A DNA stretch of 60,715 nt, from assembly GCA_037385645.1 (NCBI GenBank), contig JARRMU010000024.1:1-60715 (forward strand), written 5' to 3'. Within the stretch, counting starts at the first letter, position 1. Every line of letters starts with the position of its first letter. Shown one piece after another: positions 47,483 through 57,862 of the stretch. A program made the position numbers and the translations under genes. This DNA is from Gemmatimonadales bacterium. GTDB lineage: Bacteria; Gemmatimonadota; Gemmatimonadetes; Palauibacterales; Palauibacteraceae. The notes under the pieces are model-generated. The model searched no databases, was not told where the DNA came from, and worked only from the letters and a program-made list of their open reading frames with translations.

Positions 47483-48796
47483 ATGGAGGGGGTGCTCGCC
47501 ACGGAAACGAGAGATAGACAACCGGCCGGAAGGCAGCGCAGGCTGAGCGACGTGTGGCATCGGTACGCCCGGTACGTCGCGACGCCACCCGAAACGGCGA
47601 TCGAGTGGAACGACTCCGAGAGCGGCGCACGGGGCTGGCTCGCGCTCAACAGCTTGCGTGGAGGTGCGGCGGGGGGCGGCACGCGCATGCGTTCCGGATT
47701 GGGCCGGGACGAGGTCGTCTACCTGGCGAAGGTTATGGAGCTCAAGTTCGCCCTCTCCGGCCCACCGATCGGCGGTGCCAAGTCGGGCATCGCCTTCGAT
47801 CCCTCCGATCCGCGAAAGGAGGAGGTGCTCGGCCGCTGGTTTACCGCGATCAACCCCTATCTGCGGTCCGTGTACGGGACCGCGGGCGACCTGAACGTGG
47901 ACGAGGGCAGGGAGGTGCTTCCGATATGCGGGCGGCTCGGCTTGGCTCATCCGCAGGAGGGGGCTCTGCGCGGGCACTACGGGCTGCATGGTAAGGCCCT
48001 GGCGCGGCGGCTGCGTGCCATGAACGAGGGGATGGGGCAGAAGGCGGGCCCTCCTTTCTCGCCCGCGGGTTGGAACGGAAGCGTCTCCGATCTCGTGACC
48101 GGTTACGGCGTGGCTTCGGCGGCGAAGCATCTTCTGGAGTTACAGGGACGGGATGTCGAGGGCGTACGCGTCCTCATCGAGGGGTTCGGGTGCGTCGGTG
48201 GTGGGGCGGCCCACTACTTGGCGGAAGCCGGCGCCCGGATCGTCGGCATCGTGGACGTCGCGAACGGGCTCGTCGTGCCGGAGGGCTTGGACGCGACCGG
48301 AGTGAGCGAGCTACTGGCGCGTCGGAAGCTAACCGAGCTTCCCGTCAGTTCCGCCGAGGCCGGCAAGGAGGGCCGGACCGCGTTCAGACAGGTTCCCGCC
48401 GACATATTCGTCACCGCGGCTGCCTCGGGGACGCTGACGGCCGAAGCGCTCGACCAGATGGAGAATCAAGGCGTGCGAGCCATCATCTGTGGCTCCAACG
48501 TGCCGTTCGCCGCCGTCTCTCCAGAGGACACGGCGCTGCAGGCGGGCGCGGATACGCGCTTCGCGATCGTCGCGGACTTCATCGCGAATCTCGGGGCCGC
48601 CCACGCGTTCGCGTTCCAGATGGAACGCGACGATCCGGCTTCCGTCTCCGAGTTCTTCGATGCGGTCGCCTCAACGGTGGAAGATGCGCTCGACGAGGCC
48701 CAGCGGCGCGCGGGCTCCGCGGAGTCCCGGCTACTGGCCGCCGCACTCGACATGGCGCTCGAGCGAATCTCCGCGCCGACGTCTGAGAGCGGATGA
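47483..48796 (+). CDS. Glu/Leu/Phe/Val dehydrogenase family protein
   Basis: GGGTRM, GGAKSGI, GDLN, TGYGV, EGFGCVG, DFIAN.G. Confidence 0.9.
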   Translation: MEGVLATETRDRQPAGRQRRLSDVWHRYARYVATPPETAIEWNDSESGARGWLALNSLRGGAAGGGTRMRSGLGRDEVVYLAKVMELKFALSGPPIGGAKSGIAFDPSDPRKEEVLGRWFTAINPYLRSVYGTAGDLNVDEGREVLPICGRLGLAHPQEGALRGHYGLHGKALARRLRAMNEGMGQKAGPPFSPAGWNGSVSDLVTGYGVASAAKHLLELQGRDVEGVRVLIEGFGCVGGGAAHYLAEAGARIVGIVDVANGLVVPEGLDATGVSELLARRKLTELPVSSAEAGKEGRTAFRQVPADIFVTAAASGTLTAEALDQMENQGVRAIICGSNVPFAAVSPEDTALQAGADTRFAIVADFIANLGAAHAFAFQMERDDPASVSEFFDAVASTVEDALDEAQRRAGSAESRLLAAALDMALERISAPTSESG

Positions 48797-48837
48797 TGCC
48801 GACGGAGAGACCGATGCCGCGGAGCAAGGGAGCGGTG

Positions 48838-49551
48838 ATGCTGAGCCAGAAACCGATCCCGCCGCGTGAGCGTCTTATTCTGGCGTTGGATGTTCCCACC
48901 GTTCATGACGCCAAGGATCTCGTCGAGACGCTGGGCGATGCGTGCTGCTTTTACAAGGTAGGGCTCGAGCTGTTGATGACCGGCGAGTACTTCGAGCTCG
49001 TACGCTGGCTCGTGGCGCGCGACGTCCGCGTCTTTGCCGACCTGAAGCTCTTCGATGTCCCAAACACGGTCGCGTCGGCGGTCCGGCAGCTCGTCGGCCG
49101 CGGGATCACGTTCGTCACCGTGCACGGGAACGATGGCATGATCGAGGCGGCGTGCGACGCGAAGGGCGACCTGAAGATCCTCGCCGTGACCGCACTCACG
49201 AGCCTCGACAAGGGGGACATCGAGGATCTGGGCTTTCGGACCGACGTCTCCGCCCTCGTCCTCTCGCGAGCCCGGCGGGCGCTGGAGCTGGGGTGCGACG
49301 GCGTCATCTCATCGGGCCGCGAGGCGAGCGCGATCAGAAGCGAGTTGGGTGACCGGCTTCTCGTTGTGACGCCTGGAATTCGACCCGTCGCCAACGTGGT
49401 CGACGATCAGAAGCGCACGGTGAGCGTCGAGGACGCATTCCGGCTCGGAGCCGACTACATCGTCGTCGGCCGCCCGATCCGGGGCGCGCCCGATCCATTG
49501 CAGGCGGCCGAGGCGATCCAGGCGACGATCCGGTCCGTCTTCCTCGATTGA
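48838..49551 (+). CDS. pyrF: Orotidine-5'-phosphate decarboxylase
   Basis: LILALD, YKVG, DLKLFDVPNTV, VTPGIR, DDQKR, VVGRPI. Start may be 48793. Confidence 0.96.
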   Translation: MLSQKPIPPRERLILALDVPTVHDAKDLVETLGDACCFYKVGLELLMTGEYFELVRWLVARDVRVFADLKLFDVPNTVASAVRQLVGRGITFVTVHGNDGMIEAACDAKGDLKILAVTALTSLDKGDIEDLGFRTDVSALVLSRARRALELGCDGVISSGREASAIRSELGDRLLVVTPGIRPVANVVDDQKRTVSVEDAFRLGADYIVVGRPIRGAPDPLQAAEAIQATIRSVFLD

Positions 49552-49600
49552 CGGGCCGCGCGGCTCGACGGCACCCGTCGGCTCACCCTCCAACCTCGAG

Positions 49601-50116
49601 CTAGTCGGCCGGGATGTAGATACCGTCGAAGACGGTGTTCCAGGAATTCCCCTCGTCCCGGGAGATGCTCCAGACCTGCCGGACCCGTCCTCCGTCGATC
49701 TTCTCCCACGTTACCTCGTGGAAGATAGTGCCGCCGTTCGGGCCGGGATTCTCTCCTTTGAGAACCATCTTCCCGTCTTCGAGCCGGCCATCCAGCTGCA
49801 GCAGCCTGCCTCGATCGTCCACCCAAGTCTGGTGCCAGCTATCCGTTCGCCTGTCGTAGATGCTGTAGCTGAATCCGCGGCCTCCGCCCGCTCCCTCCCA
49901 GCTCTCGTGGAGGGCGCAGTCCTTTAAGACGAGCTCGATCCGGTTGGCTCCCGCCGGTTCGCCAGCTGCGTTCTCGACGGTCCATTCGCCGACCCAGAAA
50001 TCGAACTGGCGGTACTCGGGGGCTTCGCATGAATTGTCACCGGTAGCCTGCGCGTGCGTCGGAGTGGGCAGGAGGGCGAGAGCGACAACGAGCAACGGCA
50101 GGGCACGCGGGCTCAT
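49601..50116 (-). CDS. Secreted beta-rich protein (DUF1579-like)
   Basis: Signal peptide, RQFDFWVGEW, WHQTWVD, VRQ.W..S.D.G.SW...FDG.Y. Confidence 0.75.
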   Translation of the reverse strand: MSPRALPLLVVALALLPTPTHAQATGDNSCEAPEYRQFDFWVGEWTVENAAGEPAGANRIELVLKDCALHESWEGAGGGRGFSYSIYDRRTDSWHQTWVDDRGRLLQLDGRLEDGKMVLKGENPGPNGGTIFHEVTWEKIDGGRVRQVWSISRDEGNSWNTVFDGIYIPAD

Positions 50117-50358
50117 GGGGGCTCCTTTCTCGTCAAGCAGGTTACTGTTGTCGTGTGAAGAACGTACAAGGGGCCTCCGGAGCGACGGTTCGACGCTTTG
50201 GGCTCCTGAACGAAGCCTGGTCGCTCTCACGAAACCGGCACGGAAGTTGATAGAGTAGTATTGGCTGGACTCCGTTCTCGTCAGAGGGCACGCGTACGCC
50301 AATGCTGCTCGTCCGGACGTACGGTGACCCTCGCATCCTCGGAAGCTAAGAGAGGCAC

Positions 50359-51723
50359 ATGACCGCATCGCGAGCGTCAATGGCGGGCCGGGATCGAGCT
50401 TCGGAGGAGGTTTCCGCTCGTTTCGAACGCCGTCCAAACGTCTTGCTCCGGGTTCTTGATCGTGCCACGCGTCCGCCCTGGCTTACCTTGTTTGCGGCGC
50501 TAAACCTGAGCTTGAGCGTGGTGATCGGCGTCCGGCACCACCGCGCCGTGGACGGCCCTATCGGGCCTGAAGGCGATATCGTGTCCGGAGATTTCATGGC
50601 CTTCTACACGGGCGCCGTCTTCGTTCACGAGGGAAAGGGCCGAGATCTCTTCGATCTCGCCACGCAGCGGGAGTACCAGCTGGACCTGACCGGTCCGCCC
50701 AACACACAGTGGCAGCCATACATCAATCCGCCTCTTCTCGCGGTAGCTCTCGCCCCCCTCACCTCCCTTTCGTATCGGTATGCCTACTGGGCCTTTTCCG
50801 GGCTGGCTCTACTCGCCTTCATCGGCTCGATGGTCCTCCTCAAACCGACGCTGACCTACCTGGCGCGTAATTGGCTCACGTGGGTCACGACCCTGGCTCT
50901 GACGGCATCGTGGCTTCCGCTCTTCCGTTCGATGGCGAGCGGCCAGAACAGCCTGTTCACCATCTTCCTGCTCGTGGGTCTGTACGCGGCATGGAAGGAC
51001 AACCGAATGATCCTGGCTGGAGTGTGGCTCGGCCTGATCTCGTACAAGCCGCAGTTCGGGTTGCTGCTGGGCGTCGTCTTCTTGGCAAGAGGGATGTGGG
51101 TAGCTCTGACCGCGGCGGGCGTCACGGCCGCGGCCCACTATGCCCTGGGCGCTGTGTTCATGGGGGCCGACTGGCCGCTTAGGATGGTCGATACCCTCCG
51201 GCTGCATCGAACGCTTGAGCACCAAATCTTCGGCAACCACATATCCATTCTCCCGGTCGCGAGCCACTCGCTCCCAGGCCCGATCGCCGCTTGGGTGGCG
51301 GCGATCGCCATCGCTTGTGTGGCCGTTCTGTGCGTATGGCAGGCACGCCGGATCGGACCGACGGATGTTCGGTTTCCCGTGCTGTATGGCCTGCTGATTT
51401 GCGGGACACTACTCGTCAGCCCTCATCTGCAGCATTACGACGTGGCCGTCCTCGCGATTCCGACCGTTCTCACGTTGGATTACATGCTGAGCCAGGGCCG
51501 GCAGCCGTCACTCCCGTTACGACTTCTGCTCACTTTCGGTTTTCTCTTCTATCCGCTCTATCGCATCGGAGAGTCCATCGGCTTTCAGCCACTATTCCTA
51601 TGGCTGCTTGCGGTATTCATCTGGGATTGGACGCTTCTGGCTTGGAGGCCGTCTGTAAAGGAGCCGAACGCCGAGCAGCTCGAGGCTAGCGTGCGGAACG
51701 CCCTTGACGGCGCGCCGGCCTAG
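50359..51723 (+). CDS. GT87-family (DUF2029) polytopic glycosyltransferase
   Basis: GDFMAFY, YINPP, GQNS, KPQ, SPH...YD; many TM helices. Confidence 0.85.
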   Translation: MTASRASMAGRDRASEEVSARFERRPNVLLRVLDRATRPPWLTLFAALNLSLSVVIGVRHHRAVDGPIGPEGDIVSGDFMAFYTGAVFVHEGKGRDLFDLATQREYQLDLTGPPNTQWQPYINPPLLAVALAPLTSLSYRYAYWAFSGLALLAFIGSMVLLKPTLTYLARNWLTWVTTLALTASWLPLFRSMASGQNSLFTIFLLVGLYAAWKDNRMILAGVWLGLISYKPQFGLLLGVVFLARGMWVALTAAGVTAAAHYALGAVFMGADWPLRMVDTLRLHRTLEHQIFGNHISILPVASHSLPGPIAAWVAAIAIACVAVLCVWQARRIGPTDVRFPVLYGLLICGTLLVSPHLQHYDVAVLAIPTVLTLDYMLSQGRQPSLPLRLLLTFGFLFYPLYRIGESIGFQPLFLWLLAVFIWDWTLLAWRPSVKEPNAEQLEASVRNALDGAPA

Positions 51724-52474
51724 CATACGAGAGGTAGATAGTCAGGAGATCTGCCACCGCTCTCGGGTAATCCGACACGTGCAGCTTCGAGCCGCCCACG
51801 TCCCGCCACATGGGCAGCGGGTACTCGTAGATCGTCCGCAGAGGGTCGGGCAGCGATCCCGGCGGGTCGCTCCACAAGAACCGAGCGAGAAGCTCGACAT
51901 CGAACGTCCAGCGCGCTCGAAACGGCTCTCGGAGGATCTGTCGCAGGCGGTCTGTGTTGCGCAGCATCTTGGCGCCACACTGCGTGTCATAGACGGGTAG
52001 CCGGAGGATGAGCGAGGCGGCCGTGGCGAAGACCCGACCGAGATAGTGTCGGCGTGCGTATCGGTCGATCTGACGCCCCATCAACCTGACGCGCGAGCCG
52101 AGCACCACCTGCACCTCCGGTCGCTCCTCCAGCACGCCGCTGAGCAAAGGGATCGCGCTGAGGGGCGTCGCGAGGTCGGCGTCCCAATAACCCACTGCTA
52201 CGGGCGACTCCTTCAAGGCTTCGATCAAGCCCTGTCGGACAGCCTCGGCCTTTCCGCAATTACGTTCGAGGCTGAGCAGGCCGAGGCGTTCGGGCTCCGA
52301 GGCGGCGAGCTGCGAGAGGATCGAGCCGGTGGCATCACTGCTGCCGTCGTCCACGAACAGGAATCGGGTCAGGCCGTCGGCGACGAATTCGCGGAATTGC
52401 TCGGCGTCGAGCCGTTTCGCCTCGTTGTAGCACGGCACGACGATCGTTCGCGTCAAGTCATTATGGGCGTTCAT
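51686..52474 (-). CDS. GT2 glycosyltransferase (dolichyl/polyprenyl-phosphate glycosyltransferase-like)
   Basis: VVPCYNE, VDDGSSD, GKAEAVR.G, DADL, DTQCGAK, FDVEL. Confidence 0.93.
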   Translation of the reverse strand: MNAHNDLTRTIVVPCYNEAKRLDAEQFREFVADGLTRFLFVDDGSSDATGSILSQLAASEPERLGLLSLERNCGKAEAVRQGLIEALKESPVAVGYWDADLATPLSAIPLLSGVLEERPEVQVVLGSRVRLMGRQIDRYARRHYLGRVFATAASLILRLPVYDTQCGAKMLRNTDRLRQILREPFRARWTFDVELLARFLWSDPPGSLPDPLRTIYEYPLPMWRDVGGSKLHVSDYPRAVADLLTIYLSYARPARRQGRSAR

Positions 52475-52534
52475 CTCACGGCATCCGCTCGGCGGAACGG
52501 CTCCGGGCTCGGGCCGATGTCACGGCGCTGGGTG

Positions 52535-53302
52535 TCATCCGGGCGATGCCAAGAGCGCGATCCCCACACACGCAAGCGCCACGCCGAGTAGGCGCGGGAT
52601 CTGATGCCCTCTCGGCATCACCTTCTCAGCGCACACGATGGCCGTCAGTACGGCCATCCAGCCCAAACTGACCACTCCCACGACGAAACCGAGCGCCATC
52701 AGCCCCCAGCAGCACGCGAGGCAGGTCAGGCCGTGTCGGAGGCCGATCCCGTATCCGGAGGCCGACCCGCGCGTCCAACCGGCAAGCAGAACCCCGAATG
52801 GGGAACGGCAGCGCCGTAGGCACGCATCCTTGACCGGCGAGAGCTCCCACAAGCCGGCCAGCAGAAGGACTCCTCCGGCCGCTCTCCCGCCGAGGCGGAG
52901 CGTGTGGGGCTCCAGGAGCGCGAGTTGCAGCAGGAGCAGTTGCGCGGCCGCGGCGAGGACGCTGAAGAGACCCCAGACGGTCAGGTACCCGAGCAGAAGA
53001 GAGCCCGCGCGCAGATAAGGTCCCGCTGAATGTTGATCCGACCTCGGAATAGCGGCGAGGACGCCGAGCCAGGGAAGGGCCGCCGGCGTCATCATGGCTG
53101 CCATCATCACCATCCACAGCAGTGCCGATACGCCAGCCGTGGCCAGGGAGGGGGACGCCGCAGTCAAGGCAGCATGGCCCTTATGTGTGAGCCACATCGC
53201 CGACCAGAGAACACCCGTCAGGAGGAGGCCGCCGGCCAGGATGTTCCGGTGCACCCTTTCTGCTCGGCCAGAGGCGACGGTGCTCGCGGGACGGAAGGTC
53301 AC
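52535..53302 (-). CDS. DUF2182 metal-binding integral membrane protein
   Basis: WMVMMAAMM.P, K.ACL..CRSP, G..C..CCW.LM, AEK. GTGA overlap with DUF1326. Confidence 0.9.
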   Translation of the reverse strand: MTFRPASTVASGRAERVHRNILAGGLLLTGVLWSAMWLTHKGHAALTAASPSLATAGVSALLWMVMMAAMMTPAALPWLGVLAAIPRSDQHSAGPYLRAGSLLLGYLTVWGLFSVLAAAAQLLLLQLALLEPHTLRLGGRAAGGVLLLAGLWELSPVKDACLRRCRSPFGVLLAGWTRGSASGYGIGLRHGLTCLACCWGLMALGFVVGVVSLGWMAVLTAIVCAEKVMPRGHQIPRLLGVALACVGIALLASPG

Positions 53303-53946
53303 CCGCCTTCCACAGACCAATGAAAGTCGGACCAGAGCCCGTGCGTGCCCTCGTTGCGGAAGCTGATCACTCCGTCGTCGTACTCGCTGTCGCCGCCGGC
53401 TATCACCTGTGTGGGTGCGTGGATCTGGTTGAAGATATTCTCGAAGCGGACCGGCCGGTCCCGGTCACGCCCTCGAATCGCCGTCAGGACCCCCCGCAGC
53501 ATTCCTGCGATCGAGATGCGCTTGGCCATCGGCTCGTCTTCGATCTCGATCGGGGCGATACGGGTCTCGAGGTGTTCTCCCACGAAGCGAGCGAGCACCT
53601 CCCATGGCCCTCCGACCTCGCCACGCAGGATCCTCTCGGCACAACGCCGCTGCTCGGGCGTGGCACCGTCATCGATGATGATCGTCTGGATCCAGCCGCC
53701 GTCGCTCATCCGCTGCGGGCTGTCAGCGGCGATCACCGCCTTCAGCCCACCCAGGCGCACGCCATCCAGCTCGCCGTCGTCGACTCGTATTGCCCACCAC
53801 GCCTCGCAGCGCTCGTGCGTGCACAGCTGGTCGAAGTGCACGTGGCCCGGACAGACGATCTGGCAGCTGCAGTTCTCGAACAGCAAGCCCCGGGCGAACC
53901 AGCCTTGGCTGCCCTCCCGCCGAGTGCCCGGTTTGTGCTCGCTCAA
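53299..53946 (-). CDS. DUF1326 family protein
   Basis: W...G..FENCSC...CP, C, IDD.AT.EQR, GGP. TTG start overlaps the S9 stop. Confidence 0.88.
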   Translation of the reverse strand: MSEHKPGTRREGSQGWFARGLLFENCSCQIVCPGHVHFDQLCTHERCEAWWAIRVDDGELDGVRLGGLKAVIAADSPQRMSDGGWIQTIIIDDGATPEQRRCAERILRGEVGGPWEVLARFVGEHLETRIAPIEIEDEPMAKRISIAGMLRGVLTAIRGRDRDRPVRFENIFNQIHAPTQVIAGGDSEYDDGVISFRNEGTHGLWSDFHWSVEGG

Positions 53947-56090
53947 CGGTTCGTGCCCGCCACCTTCTCCTCCTCGTCGTCGAACGTCCCCCACTTCTCG
54001 AACCAGCTCATCAGATAGAGCGCTGTCCGCATGAAGTTCGAAGGCTTGGAGGTGGTTCCGTGGTATTCTTCGTTGAACCGCAGAAGCACGGTCGGGACGC
54101 CTTCGGCCCTGAGGGCCTGGTAGTACTCCTCCGACTGAGACATCGGGGTCCGCAGGTCCAGCTCACCGGTCATCACGACCGTCGGCGTGGTCACGTTCCC
54201 CGCCAGCATCAGCGGTGAATGCGCCAGGTACGCGTCGGGGTTCGTCCACGGGTAGCCTTCGTAGCGCTCGTACCCCCAGCGGACGATGTCGGCCGTGCCG
54301 GCGAAGCTCATCCAGTTCACCACCGGGCACCGGACGCCAGCCGCGGCGAAGCGGTCGGTCTTTCCGATGACCCAGCTCGACAGGACTCCGCCGCCACTAC
54401 AGCCGGTCACGAACATGTTCTCACTGTCCGCATAGCCCAGATCGATGACCGCGTCCACGCCGGCCATGAGATCGTCGTAGTCGACGCTAGGGTACCCGTT
54501 GTCGATCGCGTTTCCGAAGTCGGTGCCGTACCCCGTGCTTCCGCGCGGATTGGTGTACAGCACGACGTAGTCGTTCGCGGCGAGCGTCTGGAAGAAGAGG
54601 TTGAAGCCGACATTGTACATGGCGTGGGGTCCGCCATGAATGTGAAGGATGAGCGGATACCGGCGGTCGGGATCGAAATTCGGTGGCTTGACGACCCACC
54701 CCTGTATCCGAGCGTCTCCGGACGACTCGTACCAGACTTCCTCGACGTCACCGAGCTCTAGGCCCGCAAGCACGTCGTCGTTCACGGCGGTCAGCCTCTC
54801 GAAGCCGGAGAAGTTCGAGAGCGAGTAGGCAACAACGTCGCCCGGTTCGGTGGCCGACCGGAGGACCCCGGCCGCGAGCCCGCCGGCTGAGATGGAGTTG
54901 AGCGTGAGCATGTGGGAGCCGTCGGTAATCGGCCGCACGGCGCCGTCCAGGGAGGCAAAGTGAACGTTGCTGGTACCTCTATCCGGCACCGTGAAGAAGA
55001 CGCCGCTTCCGTCCCGCGCCCAACGGAGGCTCTGCGGAGAGCGATCCAGATCTCCGGAGATCGTCCGCATGTTCGACCCGTCCAGCCCGATCACATAGAG
55101 GTCGGCAGCTCTGTAGGTCTGACGTGACCACGGATACCCGGTGAACGCGATCAACTGGCCATCGGGAGAGAGTCGAGGTCCCGACCACGGCCCCTTCTCC
55201 CGGGTTATCTGCCGGATGGCGCCGCTTCCCACATCGACGGCGTAGATGTGGGACTCGCGGTAACGTTCCTCCCAGTCCTTCTCGAGAAGGCCCTCGACCA
55301 CGATCGTCAAGCCGTCCGGCGTCCAGCTCAGGCTCGCGTCCGCTGCGACGCCTGCGAACAGCTGTCCGACCGTGCCCTCGCCATGCGTGAGCTGCCTTGC
55401 GGTGCCCCCGGTCGCCGGCACGACGAAAAGGTGGGCGGCGCCGGTCTCGAGGAAACCTCGGCGGTCCCTGCGGAAGTGCACGCGATTGATCTCCCGCGGC
55501 GGCGAGGTCCACGTCGCACCTTCCGGCGCCGCCGGCATGTCGATCTTCCACTTGCTCTCGTCCGGCACGAACATCGTGAACGCGATCCTCGTCCCGTCGG
55601 GCGACCAGCGCAGGCTCGAGGGTGACTGCTGCGTGCGCGTGACCTGTGAGACCGCGCCTTCCGCGTCCATCCAGCGCACGAAGATCTGAGTCCCGCTCTC
55701 CTCCACCTCCGCCAGGTAGGCGATCCTCGTCCCGTCGGGCGACCACCGCGGGCTGGAGCCCTTCGCGAGGAATCGCTGCCGGGAACCATCTGCGTTCATG
55801 ATCCAGAGGGCCGATTGCCAGTCGTCCTCGAGTTGATCGACCCAGCTGCGCGTGTAGACGATCTCCGTACCGTCTGGAGAGATCTGCGCATCCCCAACGT
55901 TCTCCCAGTCCAGGATCGTCGATACGGAGAGTCGGTTCGAATCGTCGGCAGGGTCGCCCGAGGCTACCCGGTTCTGGGCCGTCGCCATCCCCGGCAGTGC
56001 GGCCGACAGCAACGCGGCGACGAGTAGCGCCGAAACCGACCGACCGCTCGCGGGCGATACGAAACCCTCGCCCTCAGTCCTCTCGTTCAT
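53943..56090 (-). CDS. Secreted S9 family peptidase (beta-propeller plus hydrolase)
   Basis: GGAGG RBS, signal peptide, SPDG repeats, IHGGP, NPRGSTGYG, GCSGGG nucleophile, D and H triad residues. Confidence 0.95.
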   Translation of the reverse strand: MNERTEGEGFVSPASGRSVSALLVAALLSAALPGMATAQNRVASGDPADDSNRLSVSTILDWENVGDAQISPDGTEIVYTRSWVDQLEDDWQSALWIMNADGSRQRFLAKGSSPRWSPDGTRIAYLAEVEESGTQIFVRWMDAEGAVSQVTRTQQSPSSLRWSPDGTRIAFTMFVPDESKWKIDMPAAPEGATWTSPPREINRVHFRRDRRGFLETGAAHLFVVPATGGTARQLTHGEGTVGQLFAGVAADASLSWTPDGLTIVVEGLLEKDWEERYRESHIYAVDVGSGAIRQITREKGPWSGPRLSPDGQLIAFTGYPWSRQTYRAADLYVIGLDGSNMRTISGDLDRSPQSLRWARDGSGVFFTVPDRGTSNVHFASLDGAVRPITDGSHMLTLNSISAGGLAAGVLRSATEPGDVVAYSLSNFSGFERLTAVNDDVLAGLELGDVEEVWYESSGDARIQGWVVKPPNFDPDRRYPLILHIHGGPHAMYNVGFNLFFQTLAANDYVVLYTNPRGSTGYGTDFGNAIDNGYPSVDYDDLMAGVDAVIDLGYADSENMFVTGCSGGGVLSSWVIGKTDRFAAAGVRCPVVNWMSFAGTADIVRWGYERYEGYPWTNPDAYLAHSPLMLAGNVTTPTVVMTGELDLRTPMSQSEEYYQALRAEGVPTVLLRFNEEYHGTTSKPSNFMRTALYLMSWFEKWGTFDDEEEKVAGTNR

Positions 56091-56278
56091 CGAGTCCTCC
56101 AAGGTACAGGGAGCCCACTTCCGTTTCCCGTACATACTCGACGCACTTCGAGTCGCGCCGCAACGGTAGCGGCATGCGAGATCTCCGTTCCGATCTTCCC
56201 CAATGGTCGATACCTTTTCTCCGCCAGGATCCGCCCGTCCCGCACGTTGGCACGGTGACAACGAACGGAGATCCTCGA

Positions 56279-57643
56279 GTGACCGATATCGATCTGTACC
56301 TGAGCGAGAATCGTGATCGTTTCGAGGAGGAGCTAAAGGAGCTGCTCCGCATCCCGAGCGTCAGCACGGAGAGCCGCTTCGCCAGCGAGGTGCGCCGCTG
56401 TGCGGAGTGGCTGGCCGCCCATCTCTCGAGCGCCGGCCTGGAGACGGTCGAGGTGATACAAACGGACGGCCACCCGGTGGTCTACGCCGAGCATCAGGCG
56501 CACGTGGAGTCTCCCACCGTCCTGATCTACGGGCACTACGACGTGCAGCCAGCGGACCCCGAGGACCAGTGGACGACACCGGCCTTCGAGCCCGATGTAC
56601 GCGAAGGCCGTGTGTATGCTCGCGGCTCGGAAGACGACAAGGGCCAGGTCCACATGCACGTAAAAGCGCTGGAGGCACGACTGCGCTCCAGCGAAGGGCT
56701 TCCGGTGAACGTCAAGCTGGTGATAGAGGGCGAGGAGGAGATCGGCAGCGAACACCTCGAGAAGTTCCTCCGGAACCACCGCAATCGCCTCTCCTGTGAC
56801 GCGGTGATGATCAGCGATACGACGATGCTCGAGCCCGACTTGCCGGCGATCACGGCCGGCCTTCGCGGCCTCGCGTACATGGAGATCAGCGTGCGAGGCC
56901 CGAACCGCGATCTCCATTCCGGGAGTTACGGCGGCGCCGTCCGGAACCCGGCAAACGCCCTCGCCACGATCATCGCGGGCCTGGAGGATGAATACGGTCG
57001 CGTGACCGTTCCCGGCTTCTACGACAGCGTGAACGAGATGACCGGCGAGGAACGAGCCTCGTTGCGGGCGATCCCGTTCGATGAATCCACCTTCCGCCGC
57101 GATCTAGGGGTGAAGGCGCTGGCGGGCGAGGCCGGTTACGATACGCTGGAGCGGTTGTGGTACCGACCGACCCTCGACGTCAACGGCATGATCAGCGGTT
57201 TCACGGGCGAAGGCGCCAAGACCGTTCTGCCGGGGGAAGCGAGGGCCAAGGTCTCCATGCGGCTGGTGCCGGACCAGGATCCCGAGGAGATCCAAGCCGC
57301 GTTCGCGAAGCACGTGCTCTCTCTCGCACCCGCAGGTGTGGAAGTCCGGATCCAGCACTACCACGGGGCGACGCCCTGGCGAGCCGATCCTCACGGAGCG
57401 GTCTTCGAAGCGGCATCAGCGGCGCTCGAAGAGACCTTCGGAAGGAAGCCTCTCCTGATCCGCGAGGGTGGGTCGATCCCGATCGTTCCGCTCTTCGAGT
57501 CGATCCTCCATGCCCCGGTCATCCTCGTCGGTTTCGGCCTACCGGGCGCCAATCCGCACGCGCCAGACGAGTGGCTGAATCTGGACATCTACCACAAAGG
57601 AATAGCGGCTTTGGCCGGGATGTGGGGCAAGCTGGGAAGCTGA
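56279..57643 (+). CDS. M20 family dipeptidase
   Basis: YGHYDVQP, ARGSEDDKG, EGEEEIGS, DLHSG, GGSIP, HAPDE. GTG start after GGAG. Confidence 0.95.
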   Translation: MTDIDLYLSENRDRFEEELKELLRIPSVSTESRFASEVRRCAEWLAAHLSSAGLETVEVIQTDGHPVVYAEHQAHVESPTVLIYGHYDVQPADPEDQWTTPAFEPDVREGRVYARGSEDDKGQVHMHVKALEARLRSSEGLPVNVKLVIEGEEEIGSEHLEKFLRNHRNRLSCDAVMISDTTMLEPDLPAITAGLRGLAYMEISVRGPNRDLHSGSYGGAVRNPANALATIIAGLEDEYGRVTVPGFYDSVNEMTGEERASLRAIPFDESTFRRDLGVKALAGEAGYDTLERLWYRPTLDVNGMISGFTGEGAKTVLPGEARAKVSMRLVPDQDPEEIQAAFAKHVLSLAPAGVEVRIQHYHGATPWRADPHGAVFEAASAALEETFGRKPLLIREGGSIPIVPLFESILHAPVILVGFGLPGANPHAPDEWLNLDIYHKGIAALAGMWGKLGS

Positions 57644-57862
57644 CCGGTTAGCCGCACCTCGAAGTCGGTCATAGCGGCGCCTCTGCGTGCCCGGCCGTGA
57701 CCTGGGCCGCCTGCGGTGCCCGGCCGGCCCATCAACCTATGGGCTCCCATCCGGTTGATAGTCAGATGACGGTGCGGACTATCTTGGGTGGAGCGGGCGG
57801 CCAGTGTTTTCACCTCGGTGTCGCCCATCGAGCCGTTATCGACCAGGGATGGAGCCGTTCAG

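Noticed and set aside
55582-55745. Exact 26-bp direct repeat (55582 and 55720)
   Set aside because: Encodes the WSPDGTRIA propeller repeat of the S9 peptidase; not a CRISPR or mobile-element repeat.
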